From contig CAXXOA010000001.1 in NCBI GenBank assembly GCA_963666275.2, positions 224,001-288,000 of the forward strand: a DNA stretch of 64,000 nucleotides. The letters run 5' to 3'. The notes below the pieces were generated by a model. That model searched no databases, was not told the origin of the DNA, and saw only the letters and a program-made list of their open reading frames with translations. This document shows, one piece after another, positions 46,793 through 57,702 of this stretch. Positions within the stretch are counted from its first letter, which is position 1; the number at the start of each line of letters is the position of its first letter. The position numbers and the translations under genes were made by a program. This stretch comes from Oceanispirochaeta sp. GTDB lineage: Bacteria; Spirochaetota; Spirochaetia; DSM-2461.

Positions 46793-48895
46793 ATGAAATG
46801 GAATAAAAAAGATATAGATCCCCTGAGGGTCAGGAGTCTGTCGGAAAAGATGCATATCGATCTCCTTCAGGCCTCCATACTGGTCAGGAGAGGGATCAGC
46901 GATGAGGATTTCCTCTATTTTCTGGAAGATGATTTACGGTATCTCCACAACCCTTTTCTGTTCGGTCAGATGAGCGATGCAGTGGACCGGGTTCATGCCG
47001 CCATGGATGAAAATGAAAAGGTCATGATCTACGGCGACAGGGACGTGGACGGAGTGACTTCGACAGTACTGCTCTATGAAACCCTGATGGGTCTGGGGCT
47101 GGACGTGGAGTGGCGGGTTCCTGTGGGGAACGATGTCTACGGACTGAGCGAAGAAGCCGTTGAGGAATTCGCCTCCCGTGACGGGACTCTCCTTTTCTGC
47201 GTGGACTGCGGAATCTCCAACTACAGAGAGATTGAAAAGGCCAACTCCTTGGGAGTGGACACCATCATCCTGGATCATCATATTCCCCGTGAGGGAGATC
47301 TGCCCGATGCCTTTGCCATCATAAACCCCCGGGTCAAGGAGGATACCTATCCTTTCGAAGGTCTGGCGGGATGCGGTGTTGTCTCCAAAATGATATGGGC
47401 TCTCTGTTTCTCTCAGACCGAGCTTTACAATCAGGGCTATGCCTTTCTGAATGTTGATGCGGAAGCCCGGAAGTTTCAGATTTTCAAATATGTGAACCTT
47501 CTGGAGACAGACCGGCGGGAGTACTCTCTTGAAAGTTCCGTACCGCTGGATGAACTTTCAGCCTATCTGTCGGGTTGGCTCCTGTTTACCTATGGTCTGG
47601 CTGATCAGAAAGAGGGATTTTCCCGGATCTTCGGCAAAGCAGCAGATCTTCATATCGCTGATATCTCCCAGGAGATCTGCCGGGACTTTCCCTCTCTTCA
47701 GGGGCGGCACTTCCGGGAGCTGCGGGACAACAGCCGCTATGCCCGTTACGCAGCCGAACCCGATAACGGCCGGGCATTTCTCTATCTCTTTTCAGGTCTT
47801 ATGCTCAAAAGGTACTCCCGGGAGTTTGATCCCTTTACAAAGGCTCTGGATCTGGTTGCTCTGGGGACTCTGGCGGATTTGATGCCTCTGACCGATGAAA
47901 ACCGCATCCTTGTCAGAAAAGGACTGCCCTCCCTGGTCCGTCCGGATCGGCCGGGACTGCGGGAACTGTTTATCCGGCAGAGAATTCTGGGGCGCCCTCT
48001 GGAGACCTCAGATGTTTCCTGGCTGATCTCCCCCTGGATTAATTCAGCCGGAAGGATGGGGAAGGCCGACCGGGCCGTGGAGCTCCTTCTGACCCCCGAT
48101 GATGCCAGACGCTCATCTCTTGCGGATGAGATGCATGAGATCAATGGGGAGAGGAAAAAACTGGGAGATACCCTCTGGGAAGAGGCCGCCGGTGAAGCCC
48201 GGGAGCAGATGGAGAAATTTCATAACAAGCTGATCCTTGTCAGCAGACTTGCGGTTCCCCGGGGATTGACCGGAATCGTGGCCTCCCGGATGGTCAACAG
48301 CTTCCGGATGCCTGCGATCATCCTCTCCAGACAGGATGACGGGACCCTTTCCGGATCCGTGCGTAGCCCCGAGGACTGCCCTGTCCGTCCCATCCTGGAG
48401 AGCATGACAGAGCTCTTCAATGACTTCGGCGGGCACGACTGCGCCGCAGGATTCAGTCTGGATGCCTCAAAGGAGGAGCTTTTCTACAGGAAACTCTCGG
48501 ATTTTACAAAAGACTGGGAGCCCGGAGACCGGGAGGAACCGGTTCCCGATGTGGATGCGGAGATTCCCCATAGCTATCTCAATCCCTCCCTCTGGGAGAT
48601 GACAGCCTCCATGGAGCCTTTCGGAGAAGGATACAGACCTCTGATTTTCTACAGTGCGGGCCTGCTTGTGGAAAAAGCCGATCATATAGGAAAGGATCCC
48701 CAGAATCATCTGAAATTCCTCCTGTCCGCGGGAGAGCATAAATTCCCGGCCCTGTACTGGAATGGAGCAGAGAAATTTCAGGATTTTATGCGGCCTGACA
48801 ATAAGGTAAATATGCTTTATCATATTAAAAGGAATTACTACATGAACAAGGAAACCCTGCAGTTGGTTATCCTTGATATGGAGCCGTCTGAATGA
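46793..48895 (+). CDS. recJ: Single-stranded-DNA-specific exonuclease RecJ
   Basis: GDRDVDG, VDCG, DHH, GTLADLMPL..ENR, INSAGRM, GSVRS, FGGHDCAAG. Confidence 0.95.
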   Translation: MKWNKKDIDPLRVRSLSEKMHIDLLQASILVRRGISDEDFLYFLEDDLRYLHNPFLFGQMSDAVDRVHAAMDENEKVMIYGDRDVDGVTSTVLLYETLMGLGLDVEWRVPVGNDVYGLSEEAVEEFASRDGTLLFCVDCGISNYREIEKANSLGVDTIILDHHIPREGDLPDAFAIINPRVKEDTYPFEGLAGCGVVSKMIWALCFSQTELYNQGYAFLNVDAEARKFQIFKYVNLLETDRREYSLESSVPLDELSAYLSGWLLFTYGLADQKEGFSRIFGKAADLHIADISQEICRDFPSLQGRHFRELRDNSRYARYAAEPDNGRAFLYLFSGLMLKRYSREFDPFTKALDLVALGTLADLMPLTDENRILVRKGLPSLVRPDRPGLRELFIRQRILGRPLETSDVSWLISPWINSAGRMGKADRAVELLLTPDDARRSSLADEMHEINGERKKLGDTLWEEAAGEAREQMEKFHNKLILVSRLAVPRGLTGIVASRMVNSFRMPAIILSRQDDGTLSGSVRSPEDCPVRPILESMTELFNDFGGHDCAAGFSLDASKEELFYRKLSDFTKDWEPGDREEPVPDVDAEIPHSYLNPSLWEMTASMEPFGEGYRPLIFYSAGLLVEKADHIGKDPQNHLKFLLSAGEHKFPALYWNGAEKFQDFMRPDNKVNMLYHIKRNYYMNKETLQLVILDMEPSE

Positions 48896-49845
48896 AAAAA
48901 ATCCTGTTAACCCCCACAATCCTTTTTCTGCTGTCCCTTTTCCCTCTCTGGAGTGTGGATTTCCATATTCCCGATCAGATCCATCCCGGTGAAATCCTGA
49001 CCGTTCTTGTCAGGGAGTGCCGTCCTGACGATTCGGTCCGGTTCATTCTGGTTGATCAGGAGGGAAAGAAGCAGGCCCTTGTGGAGGGGATCCCTTTTAA
49101 AGATACAGATCTGACCGGTGAAAACCGTCTGGGACTGATCGGTATGGACTCCTCTCTGCCAGTGGGAAACTATACCGTCCGGGCGGAAGTGGAAAGCCCC
49201 GTCCGGTCCCTGGAGTTTCATAAACCCCTTCTTGTGAGGACCACAGATTTCCGCAGCGAAGATATTCCTCTCAATCAGGCTATGAGTGATCTCAGGAGCA
49301 GCGATGATCCTGAAAAACTGGCCCAGTCCCGGAAGCTCTGGTCCGTACTGGCGGGAGTGACCCCCGGGGAAGCCTCAGTAAGTCCTCTTATGATCTCTCC
49401 GGTGGAGGACTATATCATGACCTCATGGTTCGGTGACCGCAGGCGTTTTCTCTATTCCGACGGAGGAGTGGGCAGTTCTGTCCATACCGGTGTGGATATG
49501 GCGGCAGATACGGGGACTCCCATCCTGGCCCCCCTGGCGGGGAAGGTTGTGATGGCGGAGTTCCGGATCCTCACGGGGAACAGTGTTGTGCTGGAGCATT
49601 TTCCCGGCATCTATTCTCTCTACTACCATATGGATTCTCTGGATGTGGAAGAGGGGCAGGAGCTGGTTCAGGGGGACAGGATCGGTGATCTGGGATCTAC
49701 CGGACTGGTGACGGGGCCTCATCTCCACTGGGAACTCAGGGTGAATACAATTCCTGTTGATCCCATGAAATATTTGGAGCGGGGACTTATTGACAAAGAT
49801 GAAATTATGAATATGATAGATTCTACTATACAAGAAGGGAGGTGA
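48892..49845 (+). CDS. M23 family metallopeptidase, secreted
   Basis: Signal peptide; HTGVD, YYHM, GSTGLVTGPHLHWE. Confidence 0.92.
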   Translation: MKKILLTPTILFLLSLFPLWSVDFHIPDQIHPGEILTVLVRECRPDDSVRFILVDQEGKKQALVEGIPFKDTDLTGENRLGLIGMDSSLPVGNYTVRAEVESPVRSLEFHKPLLVRTTDFRSEDIPLNQAMSDLRSSDDPEKLAQSRKLWSVLAGVTPGEASVSPLMISPVEDYIMTSWFGDRRRFLYSDGGVGSSVHTGVDMAADTGTPILAPLAGKVVMAEFRILTGNSVVLEHFPGIYSLYYHMDSLDVEEGQELVQGDRIGDLGSTGLVTGPHLHWELRVNTIPVDPMKYLERGLIDKDEIMNMIDSTIQEGR

Positions 49846-49851
49846 TTTCGT

Positions 49852-50055
49852 ATCGCCAACATAAGAGTTAACGACGATGAGCCGCTTGAAAAAGCGATCA
49901 AACGTTTCAAACGTATGGTGGAAAAGGAAGGTATTATCCGGGAATATAAAAAACGGGAATACTATGAAAAACCTTCCACTATCAAAAACCGCAAGAAAAA
50001 AGCGATGGCCCGCAAACAGGCTAAAAAGCTGAGAAAACTGCAGGGTGGAAAATAA
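49852..50055 (+). CDS. rpsU: 30S ribosomal protein bS21 with apparent ATC start codon
   Basis: Reads (I)[66 protein letters not shown], 67 aa; absent from the ORF track; strong SD AAGGGAGGTGA just upstream. Confidence 0.95.
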   Translation: MANIRVNDDEPLEKAIKRFKRMVEKEGIIREYKKREYYEKPSTIKNRKKKAMARKQAKKLRKLQGGK

Positions 50056-50075
50056 TCGTTGTTTTTGTAAGAGAG

Positions 50076-50100
50076 AAGAGGTCTACGGGCCTCTTTTTTT
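50076..50100 (+). terminator. Rho-independent terminator after rpsU
   Basis: AAGAGGTC-TACG-GGCCTCTT followed by a T-run. Confidence 0.8.
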
Positions 50101-50172
50101 ATTTATAACCTTTTTCCGGATCCGGCGGTATATCCCTTCCAACCCCTATCATAGACAATAGAGACAAATACA

Positions 50173-50206
50173 TTGTTGTCGAGTTTTAAACATAGTATAC
50201 TAAATA
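50173..50206 (+). promoter_or_regulatory. Candidate ect promoter with overlapping MarR/EctR-like pseudopalindrome
   Basis: TTGTTG-17 nt-TATACT; the -10 box sits in the centre of AACATAGT-AT-ACTAAATA (50189-50206). Confidence 0.5.
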
Positions 50207-50357
50207 TTAGAGAACACTAAGGTATAATGGTTAATAGTGCAATTAAAGGTGTTTTAAACGACTAATCTTTGTTTGAGTTGGAAAAATATTGCCAATTCCA
50301 ATTGACATAGATATAAATAATTATTAGGGTACAAATCAAATTAAGAGGAGAACTTTC

Positions 50358-50873
50358 ATGGAATCCGACATTATTATCAGAGAACCCCACAGTACCGACG
50401 GATATGATATCTATCGTCTGATAGCGGAATGTCCTCCCCTGGATACCAATTCGTGCTATGCCAATCTTCTGCAGGCAACGCACTTTTTTCGTACTTCCGC
50501 CATTGCCTGCCGCGGCAGTGATGCCGTGGGATTTGTATCAGGGTATCTCATCCCGGGGCAGAGCGATGTGCTCTTTATCTGGCAGGTGGCGGTTTCAGAA
50601 GATGCCCGGGGTTGTGGACTGGCTGTCAGAATGATCGCGGATATTCTGAACAGGGAGTGGTGCCGGAAGGTCCGCTACCTTCATACAACCATTACAAAAG
50701 CCAATCTTCCGTCCCGGTCTCTTTTCAAAAAAGTAAGCCGTCTTCTGGGGACCGGCCTCAGAGAACAGGATTTCTTCGGCAGCGAGACCCACTTTGCCGG
50801 AAAGAAAGAGTCGGAGTATCTCTTTGTGATCGGTCCTTTTGATCATGATGAAGCTTCCGCCCTGCAGATCTGA
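50358..50873 (+). CDS. ectA: L-2,4-diaminobutyrate acetyltransferase
   Basis: CPPLDTNSCYANLL, GFVSGY, LFIWQVAV, TTITKANLPS. Confidence 0.95.
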   Translation: MESDIIIREPHSTDGYDIYRLIAECPPLDTNSCYANLLQATHFFRTSAIACRGSDAVGFVSGYLIPGQSDVLFIWQVAVSEDARGCGLAVRMIADILNREWCRKVRYLHTTITKANLPSRSLFKKVSRLLGTGLREQDFFGSETHFAGKKESEYLFVIGPFDHDEASALQI

Positions 50874-50896
50874 ATCCTTCGGGGGCCTTTTTTTAA

Positions 50897-52273
<1,377 letters not shown>

Positions 52274-52274
52274 T

Positions 52275-52658
52275 ATGATTCTTACATCACTGGAGAAAGC
52301 CTGCCTGGACGGACAGGAAATTCACTCTCCCGGAGGGGGGTGGAAAAGTGTCAGGATGATACTGAAAGATCAGAACATGGGGTTCTCCTTTCATATCACC
52401 ACCATTTTTAAAAATGCGGATTTTTACATGCACTATCAGAACCATCTGGAATCGGTGTATTGTATTTCCGGACGGGGAGAAATTACCGATCTGGAGACAG
52501 GCAGGGTGCATACTATTGAACCGGGAACCCTGTACGCTCTGGATAAACACGATAAACACCGTCTCCATGCTCTGGAAGAGCTGGAGCTGGCATGTGTTTT
52601 CAATCCTCCCCTGACAGGCCGGGAAGTTCACAACAAGGAAGGATCTTATGATATCTGA
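52275..52658 (+). CDS. ectC: L-ectoine synthase
   Basis: MGFSFHITTI, HYQNHLESVYC, YALDKHDKH, CVFNPPLTGREVH. Confidence 0.96.
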   Translation: MILTSLEKACLDGQEIHSPGGGWKSVRMILKDQNMGFSFHITTIFKNADFYMHYQNHLESVYCISGRGEITDLETGRVHTIEPGTLYALDKHDKHRLHALEELELACVFNPPLTGREVHNKEGSYDI

Positions 52659-54117
52659 CAGTAGAAACAGTCACAGCGTAGAGAAAATCGGCGGAACATC
52701 CATGTCTGATTTCAATGCTGTAAAGAATAATATTATACTCAACGACAAGTTTAAAACTGCCCCATATAACAGGATTTTCGTGGTTTCCGCCTATGCGGGG
52801 ATTACCGATGCCCTTCTGGAGCATAAGAAGAGCGGAGACCCCGGTGTGTACGGTTACTTTGCCCGGAGCGATAATTCCAGAGGCTGGGAAGAAGCGCTGA
52901 AGGGTGTGAATCAGCTTTTTGTGGATATAAATCACCGCCTGTTTCAGGATCCCCTTGAGAGAGAAAAGGCTGACCGGTTTATTCTGGACAGGACAGAAAG
53001 CACCCATGAATGTCTGAGAGAACTGGACAACCTCTGCCGTCATGTTCACTTCAATCTGGGAGATCATCTCAGTACCGTCCGGGAGATGCTTGCCAGTCTG
53101 GGAGAAGCTCACAGTGCCTGGAATACCGCCCGTTTACTCCAGCTCCACGGAGTCAATGCCCGGTTTCTGGATCTGACAGGTTGGGAGGACGAGACTAAAA
53201 CACCTCTGGATGACCGGATCCGCCGGGCCTTTGAGGGGGTTGATCTGGAAACGGAACTACCCATCGCCACAGGATACGCCCACAGTGACAGGGGTCTTAT
53301 GGGGACCTTCAACAGGGGCTACAGCGAAATGACTTTCAGCCGGATTGCGGTCCTGACCGGGGCCGCCGAAGCGGTTATTCATAAAGAGTACCATCTCAGC
53401 AGTGCGGACCCCAAAATCGTGGGGGTGGAAAAATCCGTTCCCATCGGGTTTACCAACTACGATGTGGCGGATCATCTGTCCAATCTGGGAATGGAGGCCA
53501 TTCATCCCAAAGCCGCCAAGGGGCTCAGGAAAAACGGGATCTCCCTGAGGATCAAAAATACCTTTGAACCGGAACATCAGGGAACCCTGATCACGCGGGA
53601 TTACTCCTCCACCCGTCCCATGGTTGAAATCATTGCAGGCCGGCGGGATATCTACGCCTTTGAGATTTTTGATCAGGAAATGATCGGCAAGATCAGCCAG
53701 TACGAAACCCGGGTCCTGAATATCATCGAACAGTACCGGGTCTATCAGGTTTCAAAAACCATTAATGCCAATACGATAACCCACTTTCTCAGCGGCAGCC
53801 TCAAAAATCTGGATCGGATCCGGGTTGCTGTGAATGAAATCCTGCCGGCCAGTGAGATCACCCAGAGAAAAGTCGGCCTTGTCTCCATTATCGGTTCGGA
53901 TATGAAAACACCGGGGATCCTGCTGAAAGCCCTCCAGGCTCTCTATGATAATAAAATCAATATAATGGGAGTTCAGCAGAGTACCAGAGAGGTTGAAATT
54001 CAGCTGATCCTTCAGGAGGAGATGGTTGATCAGGCTATCAGAGCTCTCCATGCTTCCCTGATCGAGGTGCATAATCACGGCAAAGCCATCAATCAGTGTG
54101 ATCACAGAGCCTCCTGA
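52648..54117 (+). CDS. ask: Ectoine-associated aspartate kinase (Ask_ect)
   Basis: HSVEKIGGTSMS, VVSAYAGIT, RGYSE, HKEYHLSSADP, MEAIHP; follows ectC. Confidence 0.93.
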   Translation: MISDSRNSHSVEKIGGTSMSDFNAVKNNIILNDKFKTAPYNRIFVVSAYAGITDALLEHKKSGDPGVYGYFARSDNSRGWEEALKGVNQLFVDINHRLFQDPLEREKADRFILDRTESTHECLRELDNLCRHVHFNLGDHLSTVREMLASLGEAHSAWNTARLLQLHGVNARFLDLTGWEDETKTPLDDRIRRAFEGVDLETELPIATGYAHSDRGLMGTFNRGYSEMTFSRIAVLTGAAEAVIHKEYHLSSADPKIVGVEKSVPIGFTNYDVADHLSNLGMEAIHPKAAKGLRKNGISLRIKNTFEPEHQGTLITRDYSSTRPMVEIIAGRRDIYAFEIFDQEMIGKISQYETRVLNIIEQYRVYQVSKTINANTITHFLSGSLKNLDRIRVAVNEILPASEITQRKVGLVSIIGSDMKTPGILLKALQALYDNKINIMGVQQSTREVEIQLILQEEMVDQAIRALHASLIEVHNHGKAINQCDHRAS

Positions 54118-54188
54118 GATGTAAAAGGCGGTTGGAAAACCGTCACTTCCATCTTTTAAACCCTCCGGGGATGTGGTACAATCCCTGC

Positions 54189-54629
54189 ATGACTCAGGTT
54201 ATTGCAGCAGCCGGGGCAGGTATCAGCCTCCTGGCAGGTTTAACATATTACTTCAGAAAGAAAATCAACCGGCGGAGGGAAGAGAAAAATGATCTGACCC
54301 TTCATCGGAATCTTGAACGGCTTATTGATCAGGATCAGTACGAATACTACCTGATCGATGTGCGTTCGGAAAACGAATACAGGAAAGGGCATATTCCCAC
54401 AGCGGTCAATGTGCCCTACGGTGAACTGGGTTCCTTTCTCCCCACGGATAAACTTTTCTGCAATATCGTGGTCTACGGCAGATCTCCTCTTCAGTCCAGC
54501 AGGGCTTCGGCTATCCTGGAGGAAACCGGATATTTTAATGTAACCAGTTTCGGTCCTTTCTTCCGCTGGCGCGGAAAAGTGGCCCGTCCGGAGAGTCAAA
54601 CCAGGGAATCAGCCGTAAAAAGCAGCTGA
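54189..54629 (+). CDS. Membrane-anchored rhodanese-like domain protein
   Basis: N-terminal hydrophobic segment; LIDVRSENEYRKGHIPTAVNVP; the usual active-site Cys is replaced (VVYGRS). Confidence 0.8.
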   Translation: MTQVIAAAGAGISLLAGLTYYFRKKINRRREEKNDLTLHRNLERLIDQDQYEYYLIDVRSENEYRKGHIPTAVNVPYGELGSFLPTDKLFCNIVVYGRSPLQSSRASAILEETGYFNVTSFGPFFRWRGKVARPESQTRESAVKSS

Positions 54630-54723
54630 AAATCCTGTCCTTCCATTTTATGGCTTAGTATATTAGTGAAAGAACCTCAGATAATCTTTTGTGTTAGATT
54701 ATTTTCCCACCAAGGAGAGACTA

Positions 54724-57702
54724 GTGTCTGAAAAATTTGAATATCCCGATACATTCCGTCTGATTTCAACAGACGAACTTGAAGAATACAGAGGCAGGGG
54801 CTACCTGTTTGAACATATTGCCACAGGCTGTCAGATCTACCATGTGCATAATGATGACCAGGAGAACCTTTTCTCCTTCAATTTCAGGACTCCTCCGGAG
54901 GACAGCAGCGGGGTGGCTCATATCCTGGAGCATTCAGTGCTCTGCGGATCAAGGAATTTTCCCGTTAAGGACCCCTTTGTTTCCATGATGAAGGGGAGTG
55001 TGAATACATTTCTCAATGCCATGACCTATCCGGATAAAACCCTCTACCCCTCAGCCAGTGTCCTGGAAAAAGACTATTTCAACCTGATGCATGTGTACGG
55101 GGACGCTGTCTTTTTCCCTCTTCTGAAAAAAGAGGTTTTCCGGCAGGAGGGGCATCGTCTGGAACGGGATGACGAGGGCAATCTCCAGAGGGTGGGGATC
55201 GTCTATAACGAGATGAAGGGCAACTACTCCTCACAGGAGAGCATTGCCGCCGAATGGTCCATCCGGTCTCTTTTTCCCGATACCCCTTACGGCGTCGATT
55301 CGGGCGGGGATCCCGAGTTCATCCCCTCACTGACCTATGAAAAATTTCTGGAGTTTCATAAAACCTACTATCATCCCTCGAACTGCCGGATTTTCCTTTA
55401 TGGAGATATCTCCTCTCAGAAAAATCTCTCTTTCCTGGAGGAACACTTCCTTTCTGAATTTACCCGCAGAGAGGTGGATTCGGCGGTTCCGCTTCAGCCG
55501 GATTGGGACGCTCCTGTGGAGATGGAAGCTTCCTGGCCCAGCGGGGAGGACGACAAGTCCGGCGGGATGACCACACTTCTTCTGAACTGGAAAACAATCG
55601 GTCCCGAAGATCCTGTCCGCAGCCTGAGTCTGTCCATTCTGACGGAGATGCTGATGGGCAACAGCGGGGCTCCCCTTCAGAAGGCTCTTCTGGAATCGGA
55701 TCTTGGTGATGATGTCTCCCATGTGAGCGGTATCGATTTTGATCTGAATCAGGCTGCCTTTACCATAGGCATGAGAGGTTCGGATCCGGATAAAAAAGAG
55801 GCCTTCAGAGAACTGGTTTACCGAGTTCTCCGGGAGCTGGCGGACAAGGGATTTCCCGAAGATCTGAAAGAGAGCTGCCTGCGGCTGGTGGAATTCCGCG
55901 CCCGGGAGGTAAAGGGGGGCGGACCCTTCGGTATGCGCCTTCTGAAGAAGGCCCTGAAAGGATGGAACTACGATCATCCCCCTGTGCTGACTATGGAATT
56001 TGCGCCGCATATGGAAACAGTCCGGAAGCTGGCCCGGCAGAAAGGATACTTCGAAGGCCTGCTGAAAGAGCTGATCCTTGACAATCCCCACTGTTCTCTG
56101 GTGGTTGTCAAACCCGATTCCACACTGACCAGAAAGCAGAAAGAGGCCCTGAAACAAGAGCTTGAAGCTCTGGACAGGGCCATGGGAGCGGAAGACAGGG
56201 AGCTTCTTGACAGGGAGAATCAGGCTCTGAGAGTTTTTCAGGAATCGGGAGACACCCCCGAAGCCAGGGAGACCATTCCCTCTCTGGATATCAGTGATAT
56301 CCCCCGGGAGGTGGAAACCATTCCCTGTTCTGTGGAAGAAACCCCTGAAATGACCATTTACAGACAGGAGGTTTTTACCAACGGTATCCTCTATGCGGAC
56401 ATGGCTTTCGACCTGTCCGGACTGGATGAGGCCTATATGCCCTACCTTCCGCTCTTCTGCAAAGCCCTGACCCAGACGGGACTGCCCGGTATCTCCTATG
56501 ATGTGATAACCCGGGAGCTTGCCATGAAAACAGGCGGGTTCGGCGCTTCGGTAGAAGCATCTCACAAGGTGGATTCCTCCCGGGATGATCAGCCGGAAAG
56601 GTATTTTTATGTCCGCCTCAAAATGCTTGAAAATCAGCGTAACGAAGCTCTGGAACTGGCGGGTAAACTGCTTCTCCAGGCGGATTTTGACAATACGGAA
56701 CGTCTCGAGCAGCTCCTGAAAGAGAGCCTGAATGATATGAAAGCCTCGCTGGTTCCCGGCGGGCACTCCTATGTGTCCCTGAGAGCCAACAGCCGCCGTT
56801 CCCGGGCTTCTGCTCTGGATGATCTGTGGTTCGGCATTACCCAGGTGGAATTCCTCTCCCAGTTGAATCAGGCGGATAAAAAGGCTCTGCTTCCGGCTGT
56901 CTCCCGGGTTCTGAAGGGAATCCGTTCCCATGTCATCACTGCCGGAGGAGTCTCTCTGAGTCTGACAATGGATGAAAAATCCATGCCTCTCCACAGCAGC
57001 AGGATTGCGGGGTTCTGGAAAGATCTTCTGCCCGCCTCCGCGGGGGATGTTCCCTTCCCCTCCGGGGATCTGCCGGTTTCTCCGCTGCCTCCCGCTCCCG
57101 AGGAAGGGAGCTTCCAGGAGGGCCTCTCCATCCCCGCTTCCATCGGTTTTGTCGCCGCATCCCTGAAGGGCACCGCCCTGGGAACTCCTGAACATGCCGG
57201 TCAGATCCTGCTGAGTCATCTGATGAAAATCGGTCCACTCTGGGAGAAAATCCGGATGAAGGGAGGCGCCTATGGAGCCTTTTCCTCCCTTTCGGGGCTG
57301 GAAAAGACCTTTACCTTTGCCACCTACAGGGATCCTCATATTGAGGAAACCCTGAAAGCCTTCAGAGAGAGCCTGGAGGAATTCCTTGCTTTTGATGACA
57401 GGGTCGAGCTGGACAAGTCGCTGATTACCGTGATCGGTCGGGAGATGCGGCCCCTTTCTCCCTCGGAAAAAGGGATGATCTCACTGAAACGGCATCTTTA
57501 CGGGATCAGTGATGAGCTGCGGCAGAGGAAACGGGAGCAGCTGATGGCAATGACTCCCCGGGAAATTCAGAAGGCCTCCCGATCACTTCTGGATCTCTGG
57601 GAGAACGCTGTGATCGAGGTTATGGCTCATCCGGATCGTCTTGATTCGGCTGCAGAGCAGTGGCCCGGTTTAAAAGACCGCCGGATCGAGCTGCCCCAGT
57701 AA
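54724..57702 (+). CDS. M16C family peptidase (insulinase / presequence protease-like)
   Basis: Inverted zincin HILEH, FLNAMTYPDKTLYP, VYNEMKG, IRMKGGAYG, YRDP; GTG start after AAGGAG. Confidence 0.93.
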   Translation: MSEKFEYPDTFRLISTDELEEYRGRGYLFEHIATGCQIYHVHNDDQENLFSFNFRTPPEDSSGVAHILEHSVLCGSRNFPVKDPFVSMMKGSVNTFLNAMTYPDKTLYPSASVLEKDYFNLMHVYGDAVFFPLLKKEVFRQEGHRLERDDEGNLQRVGIVYNEMKGNYSSQESIAAEWSIRSLFPDTPYGVDSGGDPEFIPSLTYEKFLEFHKTYYHPSNCRIFLYGDISSQKNLSFLEEHFLSEFTRREVDSAVPLQPDWDAPVEMEASWPSGEDDKSGGMTTLLLNWKTIGPEDPVRSLSLSILTEMLMGNSGAPLQKALLESDLGDDVSHVSGIDFDLNQAAFTIGMRGSDPDKKEAFRELVYRVLRELADKGFPEDLKESCLRLVEFRAREVKGGGPFGMRLLKKALKGWNYDHPPVLTMEFAPHMETVRKLARQKGYFEGLLKELILDNPHCSLVVVKPDSTLTRKQKEALKQELEALDRAMGAEDRELLDRENQALRVFQESGDTPEARETIPSLDISDIPREVETIPCSVEETPEMTIYRQEVFTNGILYADMAFDLSGLDEAYMPYLPLFCKALTQTGLPGISYDVITRELAMKTGGFGASVEASHKVDSSRDDQPERYFYVRLKMLENQRNEALELAGKLLLQADFDNTERLEQLLKESLNDMKASLVPGGHSYVSLRANSRRSRASALDDLWFGITQVEFLSQLNQADKKALLPAVSRVLKGIRSHVITAGGVSLSLTMDEKSMPLHSSRIAGFWKDLLPASAGDVPFPSGDLPVSPLPPAPEEGSFQEGLSIPASIGFVAASLKGTALGTPEHAGQILLSHLMKIGPLWEKIRMKGGAYGAFSSLSGLEKTFTFATYRDPHIEETLKAFRESLEEFLAFDDRVELDKSLITVIGREMRPLSPSEKGMISLKRHLYGISDELRQRKREQLMAMTPREIQKASRSLLDLWENAVIEVMAHPDRLDSAAEQWPGLKDRRIELPQ

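Noticed and set aside
50874..50895. Small TTCG hairpin plus T-run between ectA and ectB as an attenuator
   Set aside because: The stem is only 3-4 bp, too weak to call.
55327..57339. Long antisense ORFs (670 aa here; also 31512-32654, 50921-52102, 60459-61706, 29322-30254)
   Set aside because: They are shadows opposite well-supported genes, with no recognisable motifs or SDs.
57620..57702. 83-nt convergent overlap between the M16C and DUF4105 genes
   Set aside because: The overlapping tail looks like a non-conserved extension after a lost stop; common and not evidence of a system.
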